Assembly: GCF_006345805.1 (NCBI RefSeq)
Contig: NW_021829168.1
Span: forward strand, 1-7,028
Direction of reading: 5' to 3'
Source: Octopus sinensis
Lineage: Eukaryota
Length of the DNA: 7,028 nt
The notes beneath the pieces were generated by a model, which was not told the origin of the DNA, did no database searches, and saw nothing but the letters and a program-made list of their open reading frames with translations. Numbering within the stretch: position 1 is the first letter of the stretch; each line of letters begins with the position of its first letter. The translations under genes and the position numbers were made by a program. Of this stretch, positions 1-6,874 are shown in pieces.

Positions 1-455
1 ATGGTGGACGTGACTGAAGAGGCTGAAGACAGACACTTCCCTCTTTGGCCAATTCCTCATCAACTTCTTCCAGTTTCACTTGAAGAGGAAAATTAGGGTG
101 GAGGGAGAAGTGTTGCCTTCTGGCTGTTTTGTTGAAAGGTGGATAATAGTGGCGAGAATGGTGCGAGAGAACGGACCTGCCCTGAACGTATGCCAGTAAA
201 TCGAAGATAAGGAACTGAGAAAAGGAACCTGTCCCAGAAATCAGGGCATTCGTGGTTTTATGGAATTTTTCCATGAGCAGCCCTCAAACGTCTACTGTTG
301 AAGATTACACTTTGTTAAAATTTCTTTCTTTTTTATGTTAAACCTGTTTACACACAAAACCTTCACAACGACACACACGTTCACATTCAGTCTTTTGTCC
401 TGTGGGCCCCATAATGCTTTTCTGGATGCAAACCCTTTGTAGTCCATAAGGAAAT
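1..455 (+). mobile_element. 3' end of a decayed L1/Tx1-type non-LTR retrotransposon (ORF2 C-terminus 2-199 plus 3' UTR), truncated by the window start
   Basis: Frame from nt 2 reads WWT*LKRLKTDTSLFGQFLINFFQFHLKRKIRVEGEVLPSGCFVERWIIVARMVRENGPALNVCQ* (TGA at 11-13, TAA at 197-199). The W-x-x-R...F...L...R-x-E...F-x-x-x-W pattern matches my recollection of Tx1/L1 ORF2 C-termini. It is followed by a T-rich UTR-like stretch ending ATAAGGAAAT (446-455) directly against a microsatellite. Confidence 0.65.
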
Positions 456-518
456 GATGAGGATCATCATCATCGTCATCTTAATCGTCGTAGTCGTCGT
501 CATTGTTGCTGTTGTTAA

Positions 519-574
<56 letters not shown>

Positions 575-597
575 TATTATTATTATTATTATTATTA
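454..597. repeat. Compound trinucleotide microsatellite: degenerate (ATC/GTC)n and (GTT)n followed by near-perfect (ATT)n
   Basis: Directly visible; the (ATT)n run spans about 521-596. Confidence 0.97.
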
Positions 598-598
598 A

Positions 599-801
599 GG
601 CGGCGAGCTGGCGGAATCGTTAGCACGTCTGACAAAATACATAGCGGCATTTCATTCATCTTGAGTTCAAATTCTGCCTTTCATCCTTTCGGGGTCTATG
701 AAATATGTACCAGTTATGCACTGGGGCCGACGTAATCGACTTCCTCTCTCACCCGAAATTGCAAGCCTTGTGCCAAAATTTGAAACCGTATTATTATTAT
801 T
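599..801 (+). mobile_element. tRNA-derived SINE (octopus-type family) with (ATT)n tail
   Basis: Starts GGCGGCGAGCTGGCGGAATCGTTAGCAC with A-box-like TGGCGGAATCGT (609-620) and B-box-like GAGTTCAAATTC (663-674). The central GCCTTTCATCCTTTCGGGGTCTATGAAATATGTACCAG resembles a conserved SINE body domain. It ends CCTTGTGCCAAAATTTGAAACC followed by ATT repeats. Family recognition is from memory. Confidence 0.85.
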
Positions 802-810
802 GGCGAAGAT

Positions 811-897
811 TGTAATAATGGTAGGATCAGCAGCAGCAGCAGTAGTAGTAGTAGTAATAGTAGTAAGACTTGTGGTGGTGGTAGTAGTAGTAGTAGG
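811..897. repeat. Degenerate (GTA)n/(GCA)n/(GTG)n microsatellite
   Basis: Directly visible. Confidence 0.93.
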
Positions 898-1190
898 TGT
901 CGGCGGAGGATTCTTCCATCGCCAGCACCAACCCGGTTGTTGCAATGACGATGTTGAAGTTACTCAAGGACGAGTTGATTCCGGTTCCAATATGTCACGA
1001 AGACTTTATTGAAATGTCAAGTGAAGAACGATGAAGAAGAGATTAGCAAGAATGGCATTAAGGTTAACCAATCAACAATATTAAGAATTGGTAACGGAAT
1101 GGAAGGATGAAAGAAAGAACTGTAGACTCTGCAGAATCTAAAATATTGGTCTGACTCAACGACAAAAACAGTTAATAATATTCTTTAAAA

Positions 1191-1236
1191 TAGTAGTAGT
1201 AGTAGTAGTAGCAGTAGTAGTAGTAGTAGTAGTAGC

Positions 1237-1271
<35 letters not shown>

Positions 1272-1386
1272 CAGTATTAGTAGCAGCAGCAGTAGTAGTA
1301 GTAGTAGTAGTAGCAGCAGCAGTAGTAGTAGTAGTAGTAGTAGTAGCAGTAGTAGTAGTAGTAGTAGCAGTATTAGTAGCAGCAGC

Positions 1387-1433
<47 letters not shown>

Positions 1434-1452
1434 CAGTAGTAGTAGTATTAGT

Positions 1453-1484
<32 letters not shown>

Positions 1485-1515
1485 CAATAGTAGTAGCAGT
1501 AGTAGTAGTAGTGGT

Positions 1516-1580
<65 letters not shown>

Positions 1581-1629
1581 AGTAGTAGTAGGAGTAGTAG
1601 TAGTAGTAGTAGTAGTGGTAGTAGTAGTA
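1191..1629. repeat. Long (AGT)n microsatellite with AGC/ATT variant units (~440 bp)
   Basis: Directly visible; it produces the spurious poly-Leu ORF 1185..1682. Confidence 0.98.
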
Positions 1630-1968
1630 TTTTTGCTGAGATCCAGTCGCTTTTGCCGAATGCCCTCCCTAAAACGCTTCAAAATGACGTAGTAGAACTC
1701 TCAGTTAACGGTCTGACCCCGGGGGACGAATTCTCGATGCACAACACCACGTTTTCGGGGTTGACGCTCGTGGCGGGTCTTCCAGATCATTCATCGTCGT
1801 CTTCCATGGATGCTCATCCGCTTTTGAAGCGCTCTTGCCACTCGAAACTTTGCGTACGACGACCCATTGCCCCGTTACCGTAAGCTTGCCGAAGCATGCT
1901 GAATGTCTCTGTATCAAACTTTCCAAGTTTAACGCAAAATCTCGCGTTGGCTCATTGTTCCTGTCCAC
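1630..1968 (-). pseudogene. Mariner transposase pseudogene fragments
   Basis: 1960-1749 reads EQ*ANARFCVKLGKFDTETFSMLRQAYGNGAMGRRTQSFEWQERFKSG*ASMEDDDE*SGRPATSVNPENV (N-terminal HTH and RSGRP linker of mariner transposases). After a frameshifting junction, 1751-1630 reads RGVVHREFVPRGQTVN*EFYYVILKRFREGIRQKRLDLSK (catalytic-domain segment). Four in-frame TGA stops. Confidence 0.92.
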
Positions 1969-2157
1969 GACAAACTCGCAGACTACAACGTACAGAGGAT
2001 CACAAAAATACAAATTTCACAACTTGGGAAGTAAACACGGCGACATCTCTCAGCACACTGCCTCATGAACTGTTTGTTCTCGCTGCGCACGCAACCGTGT
2101 GCTGCCATCTGTTGGTGCGCTACAGAACTAATCTGGAAACTTTTTGATACCACCTCA
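1630..2157 (-). mobile_element. Non-autonomous mariner (Tc1/mariner) remnant: 5' TIR, leader and internally deleted transposase; 3' part missing
   Basis: The minus strand begins TGAGGTGGTATCAAAAAGTTTCCAGAT (TIR-like, ~2157-2130; the flanking dinucleotide is a mutated TA) and continues into transposase-derived sequence down to ~1630, where it runs into the (AGT)n array. Confidence 0.9.
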
Positions 2158-2272
2158 TGGCACTATTTTTCGTCAGTGGGGAAAAAAAGTGTTTGCCAGT
2201 AGAAGTCCGCAGTTGAGGATTTCCATGTCATACCCTGAATAAGGCCGAGATTTTGCAGTGAAAGAGCCACAG

Positions 2273-2422
2273 GATAATGACGATGATGATGATGATGGTG
2301 TAAGTAGTGATGATGATGATGGTGATAATGACGACGATGATGATTGTGATGATGACGATGGTGGTCATGATGATGATGTTGCTGATGATAATGACGATAT
2401 GACGATGGTGATGATGACGGTA
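2273..2422. repeat. Degenerate (GAT)n/(GAC)n microsatellite
   Basis: Directly visible; it yields poly-Asp/His/Ile ORFs. Confidence 0.95.
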
Positions 2423-2997
2423 GCATATGTTATGCACAGCACCACCAATAATAATACTATTTGCTTCCACACAAGGAGTGACGGCCGATTCTCATTGGTA
2501 GAAAATCTGTAATTTCTGGGAAATATGGCATCCTGGGAGCAAAACAATACTTTGAAAAAAAAAATGAAGAATGAATATAACAAATATAATTTAATCTTGT
2601 ACATCACAAAGAAATAGCTGCACTAAATAATTATACAAGAACATAAAAATCGAAACATTGCTGTTAAGACGCTCCTTTTAATTATCGTTTAATTATCTCA
2701 GAATTAATATTGCAGTATCTTCCATTTACGAAATTCACTTTAAAGTTAGAATTCTGAAAGATGAAGGGGAAATAGCCTCACCCTGTATAAAAGAAAGGAA
2801 CGAAAAAGAAAAGTCTGAAGTCAGTTTGAGATATTTTCGTCGCGCAATCGATTTGCTTGTTGAACTGCTTCGAGGACATGGAAGTACTTCCGGTATGGCG
2901 TTCTAAAACCGGAAGATGTGTGAAGTGATTTCCGTTTGTATTGGATGAATTCTCTCCGGGGCAGCATGACATAGTACCGCCAGTGTATCCGTACGCT

Positions 2998-3715
2998 TGT
3001 ATGTATGTATGTATGTATGTATGTATGTATGTATGTATGTATGTATGTATGCATATATGTATGTATGTATGTATGTATGTGTATGTGTGTGTGTGTATGT
3101 ATGCATGTATATGTGTGCGTATGAATGTATGTATGCATGCATGTATGTATGTATGTATGTATGTGTGTATGTGTGTATGTATGTATGTATGTATGTATGT
3201 ATGTATGCATGCATGCATGTATGTATGTATGTATGTATGTGTGTATGTATGTATGTATGCATGTATGTATGTGTGTGTGTATGTATGTATGTATGTGTGT
3301 GTGTATGTATGTATGCATGTATGTATGTATGTATGTAGGTATGTATGTATGTATGTATGTATGTATGCATGTATGTGTGTGTGTATGTATGTGTGTGTGT
3401 ATGTATGTATGTATGTGTGTGTATGTATGTATGCATGTATGTATGTGTGTGTGTATGTATGCATGTATATGTGTGTATGTATATGTGTGCGTATGAATGT
3501 ATGTATGCATGTATGTATGTTTGCATGTATGTATGTATGTATGTATGTGTGTGTGAGTGTATGTATGTATGTATGTGTGTGTATGTATATGTGTGTGTAT
3601 GTATATGTATGTGTATGCATTATGTATGCATGTATGTATGCATGCATATATGTATGTATATATGTACGTACGTATGTATGTGTGTGAGTGTATGTATGTA
3701 TGCATGTTCGTATGT
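2998..3715. repeat. ~720-bp compound (ATGT)n/(GT)n/(ATGC) microsatellite
   Basis: Directly visible, almost uninterrupted purine-pyrimidine alternation; source of all MYVC/YIHT ORFs. Confidence 0.98.
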
Positions 3716-3724
3716 TTTTCTTCA

Positions 3725-3794
3725 ATCTTGTTAATGTTTTTGTTGAATAAAATTTGTTGAAAAAAACCCGCCATAATTATGCACCAACCCAATA
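3725..3794 (+). mobile_element. Solo terminus (TIR plus TA) of a second mariner family, MADE1/Hsmar1-like TIR
   Basis: CCGCCATAATTATGCACCAACCCAA (3768-3792) followed by TA (3793-3794). The reverse complement TTGGGTTGGTGCATAATTATGGCGG resembles the TTAGGTTGGTGCAAAAGTAATTGCGG mariner TIR. It is preceded by an AATAAA-containing AT-rich subterminal stretch. No partner TIR was seen; orientation and inner boundary are tentative. Confidence 0.75.
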
Positions 3795-4881
3795 TGTGAG
3801 TAGTCCTTCGTGGTAGTTCTTCAAAGCTAGAAAGAGAGATGACGGAGAATTCGTATTCGAGATCCGAGGAAATTCTCCTCGTCTTCCGAATCGCCTGAAA
3901 GAAGCTTCTTTAAAATTTTTCGTTTTTTTTCTTATCATAGATCAATAAGTTCTACCCGAGTAAGATAATTACCCACTTCTACTACTTCTGTTTTACTCAC
4001 CTGCTTTAAGGAGATCCTCTAATGCTTAGATTTTCACTCTTAGCTTGGCCTTCATGAAACCAAATAACTATTCGTATTTACGTCCGTTAGACCTCATATA
4101 ATATTAATTTACGTGATAAGTTTGTAAATTAATCATATACTTAATTCTCTTGCCACCACTTTAATCCCCTGCCCCTAAGTAGATCACCGTTGTCCCTTAT
4201 TTGTATTTACATCCTTATTTTAATGTTCTGCTGCGGCCAGCACGCCTTTGCACATTTTGATGATTTCCACCATCTTGGCGAGCTAATCATTCAGACAAAC
4301 GCTTAACGGAGATTCGTCAACCCTTTCTATTCATTCTTTTATCTTCTCTTTATTACTTTTATCTTTGATACTTAGCCCTACCACGTATCTCCCTAGCTTC
4401 ATACATTATTTGAGGTCACTTCATTCTTCTTTGAGCGACTGATCATTATATTGCTTTTATAGCTACGCTCCCCTCTTTCATCCATGTCTCTTCCATTCTT
4501 TCTTCTTCCTCTTTTTTTTTCAGATTCTCGTTCTTTTATATATACATATCTCCATCCATTAACTTCCTTCCTCACATATAACACCATTTTGATCTTACTC
4601 TATTTTATTACCTATTCTGTTATCTTCACCTCCCCTCTCATCGTGATAGGGCTATGCATTTATATATTACCGCTGAAATTTTCTTTTCTTCCGATGATGG
4701 GATTAATAAAAATATTTTCATACACAATCGCTAATGCTTATTACTTCTTGTATGTGTACACACAATGCACAATATTCTATTCACTGAATATCAAACCATA
4801 GAAACAGCTGTAAAAGATTCTTTGTTTTCTCCACTCTCTCATTTGTAATATCTGAATATGAATTGAGTGGACATCTACTTC

Positions 4882-5405
4882 TTTTACAAGGATCATCGGA
4901 CAAATCAGTGACCCTCTACCGGAATCCGTAAGATCCTTGGAGCTCCATGACAGGTTTTGCTGTTAAAATTCATTAAAATTATTTTGGATATACTTCTACA
5001 ATGCGCAAAATATTTCCAAAGGACATTTAATAATAGAAATATAATAATAGGGTTTTTTAAAAAATATCAGATGGCTATCAGGGTCCGTTCAAACAAAATA
5101 GGAATCAAAGGGAGTCTATAAGTGAAAAATGGTTGGAACCCCCTGGGACAAATGAATGGGTGTTACAAGGAGCAGGTAAAAGACAACAACCCCTGAACAT
5201 TGTGAAAAAATACAACAACAAAAAATACAAAAATAAAGCTTATTTATTGATGGCCATATTTGAAGAAGCAGAGACCTGGAAAAAGATTCTCATGGAAGGG
5301 AGAGTAGAGAGTAGTAGATCATGAGGCAGGCAAAGAATACAATGCCTGAACAATGCTATGAGCTGGCTGGACAATAGTAGCAAGGCAGATGGAGAACTCA
5401 TGCTT
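4882..5405 (+). mobile_element. Decayed RTE-clade LINE fragment (ORF C-terminal region), interrupted by a hAT MITE
   Basis: Removing 4906-5153 restores FYKDHRTNEWVLQGAGKRQQPLNIVKK. With frameshifts it continues KLIY..GHI*RSRDLE, KILMEGRVESSRS*GRQRIQCLNNAMSWL and ..GRWR. This matches the RTE C-terminal pattern (TNEEVL / YFGHI.R / EG.VEG.R.RGR...W / DR..WR). Confidence 0.85.
4906..5145. mobile_element. 240-bp hAT (Charlie-like) MITE with 8-bp target-site duplication
   Basis: Perfect direct repeat GGACAAAT at 4898-4905 and 5146-5153. The ends CAGTGACCCTCTACC and GGTTGGAACCCCCTG are degenerate versions of the CAG(T/G)GGTTC(T/C)CAACC hAT terminus. The interior is AT-rich and non-coding. Confidence 0.88.
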
Positions 5406-5456
5406 TACTGGGAAAACTTTCGTTGTAGAGTCATCAAAGCGCTGCAGGCGTACGAT

Positions 5457-5736
5457 GTTTGTTCCTTCTCGAGCCACGCCGGTTTCCTTGGCGCATAGGT
5501 TCCACACCTGGACGGGACGCCGGTCCGTCGCAGGTAAGCTGCAAGATGCAGGAGGAAAGAGTGAGAGAAAGGTGTGGTGGAAGAGTCAGCAGAAGTTCGC
5601 CATTACCTTCAGCCGGAGCTGCGAGGAGCTTAGGTGTTTTCGCTCATAAACACACACATCGCCCGGTCTGAGATTCGAACCCGCGATCCCTCGACCGTGA
5701 GTCCGCTGCTCTAACCACTAGGCCATGCGCCTCCAC
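5457..5736 (-). mobile_element. 280-bp tRNA-derived SINE with 15-bp TSD and V-domain-like segment
   Basis: Perfect direct repeat CTGCAGGCGTACGAT at 5442-5456 and 5737-5751. The minus strand starts GTGGAGGCGCA with A box TGGCCTAGTGG (5725-5715) and B box GGTTCGAATCT (5681-5671). CCTGCGACGGACCGGCGTCCCGTCCAGG (5534-5507) resembles the V-SINE conserved domain. Short AACAAAC tail. Confidence 0.93.
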
Positions 5737-5949
5737 CTGCAGGCGTACGATACAAGATAATGATGACAGACGTCTACTTATCTGTCTCTGAAGAACCACT
5801 ACGAAGAACTACTTGGATCCTTTTATCCGTGATATTAAAATATGAAATTGTTAGAATATCTGTCTGTCTATTAAGAACTGTTCTGAGCCCTCGCTTTCCT
5901 GATTTTCCTGTTTTTCTGCTTAATTATATTTCTACTGTGGGGTATACTA

Positions 5950-6060
5950 GCCATCTCAATATGGCTAACCACTAAGGGTGGGTGTTACTGTAGCTTGTAG
6001 CCCCAGGAGAACATCGTCTCCAGCTGGCTTAAGGCATACTTTCTGTGCCCTTATAGTATT
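5950..6060. repeat. Probable fragment of an unclassified interspersed repeat
   Basis: TGGCTAACCACTAAGGGTGGGTGTTACTGTAGCTTGTAGCCCCAGGAGAACATCGTCTCCAGCTGGCT resembles a repeat I recall from octopus genomes. No TSD, TIR or ORF support within the window; boundaries approximate. Confidence 0.35.
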
Positions 6061-6320
6061 TGCAAAAGGAGGTCATCCGTCCCTCGTCAACCTAAGTGAT
6101 ACGCACGGACTGCAGTTTCTAGGTATTGACCTGTCGTCGGCGTACGACAATCACCGGTTTTCGATGAAGGGAGTCCCAATGCAAATCCTTATATCGTTTT
6201 TCCAGTAACTTTTCGTCACTGATCTCCAAAAACTGTATGCAAACCACTGACTTCTGAATATCTATCTTGCATACGCATTTGTGCTATTAACAACTATTCC
6301 TGGTTTTATTTATACTCTCA

Positions 6321-6659
6321 CTAGCAGTATCGCCCGGCGTTGCTCGGGCTTGTAAGGGAAATAACTATATAAGCATTATTAGAGAGTTATAGCCAAAAAA
6401 TAGCCAAAAATGCATTAAAAATGCATTTTTAGAGAGTTACTTCCCTTATATAATAGCGAAAAAAATGCATTAAAATGGAAAAAAATGATGGTAAATTATT
6501 TTTAAAATCGTAAAGTCATCGTAGACGCGCGCTAATACCCAGAAGGGTCGATATGAATCACGACTATAAGATACCCGGTTTTGGTTAAACTGCACCGCAA
6601 AATGTGGGAGTAGTTAGGAATCTAAATCGTAGGAGACAGACACACAACTTCACTTTTAT
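6321..6659 (-). mobile_element. Non-autonomous Helitron-like (rolling-circle) element
   Basis: The minus-strand 3' end is GCCCGAGCAACGCCGGGC (GC-rich hairpin, 6349-6332) then GATACTG and CTAG (6324-6321) followed by T, the canonical Helitron hairpin + CTRR terminus. The minus-strand 5' region ATAAAAGTGAAGTTGTGTGTCTGTCTCC has the short microsatellite typical of small non-autonomous Helitrons. The 5' TC terminus is not clear. Confidence 0.75.
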
Positions 6660-6807
6660 TTATACTCTCATTAGCTCCAACGATGTTTTTGCTTAGAATT
6701 AACGCTTGTTTGCTGCGTGTTGCCACTCTTTGTTCGGCATCGCGTTTTCGGCCAGTCCGAGCACGAATTGCCAGTATCCATAATACGCCTGTGTGACGTA
6801 TTCTTTG

Positions 6808-6831
6808 TGACAGACGACAGACAGACAGACA

Positions 6832-6874
<43 letters not shown>

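Noticed and set aside
1015-1140. Minus-strand peptide LNIVDWLTLMPFLL resembling a K+ channel S3 segment, followed by TGA and AATAAA
   Set aside because: The frame stops a few codons later, with no S4 or donor site. Hydrophobicity follows from the T/C-rich composition.
387-3792. Long ORFs rich in poly-I/L/V/T/H/D and MYVC/YIHT repeats
   Set aside because: They are translations of stop-free microsatellite frames on both strands and show no protein-like complexity.
3841-3911. Short inverted repeat GGAGAATT/AATTCTCC and palindrome AAAGAAGCTTCTTT (3898-3911)
   Set aside because: Too short to distinguish from chance and not associated with any other feature.
3993-4060. Perfect minus-strand splice donor CAG|GTGAGT at 4001/4000
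   Set aside because: All three upstream frames close within about 30 nt and there is no convincing acceptor; an isolated consensus match is insufficient.
4399-4801. ORFs 4484..4801 (+) and 4399..4587 (-), and a pyrimidine tract with CAG at ~4523
   Set aside because: Low-complexity T/C-rich sequence giving F/L/I/Y-biased peptides with no recognisable domain.
5665-5736. tRNA gene
   Set aside because: It has A/B boxes but no complete cloverleaf or acceptor stem, and is the head of a TSD-flanked SINE.
5788-5806. CTGAAGA-N8-GAAG as a minimal hammerhead ribozyme core (also related motifs at ~3806-3824 and ~5417-5438)
   Set aside because: No stem II pairing, the GAAA or CUGA core is broken in each copy, and no flanking stems I/III were found.
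6699-6810. Minus-strand peptide EYVTQAYYGYWQFVL resembling the aspartic-protease YV-x5-GYWQF motif
   Set aside because: No downstream DTG motif, a stop follows shortly, and there is no good splice acceptor; probably chance.
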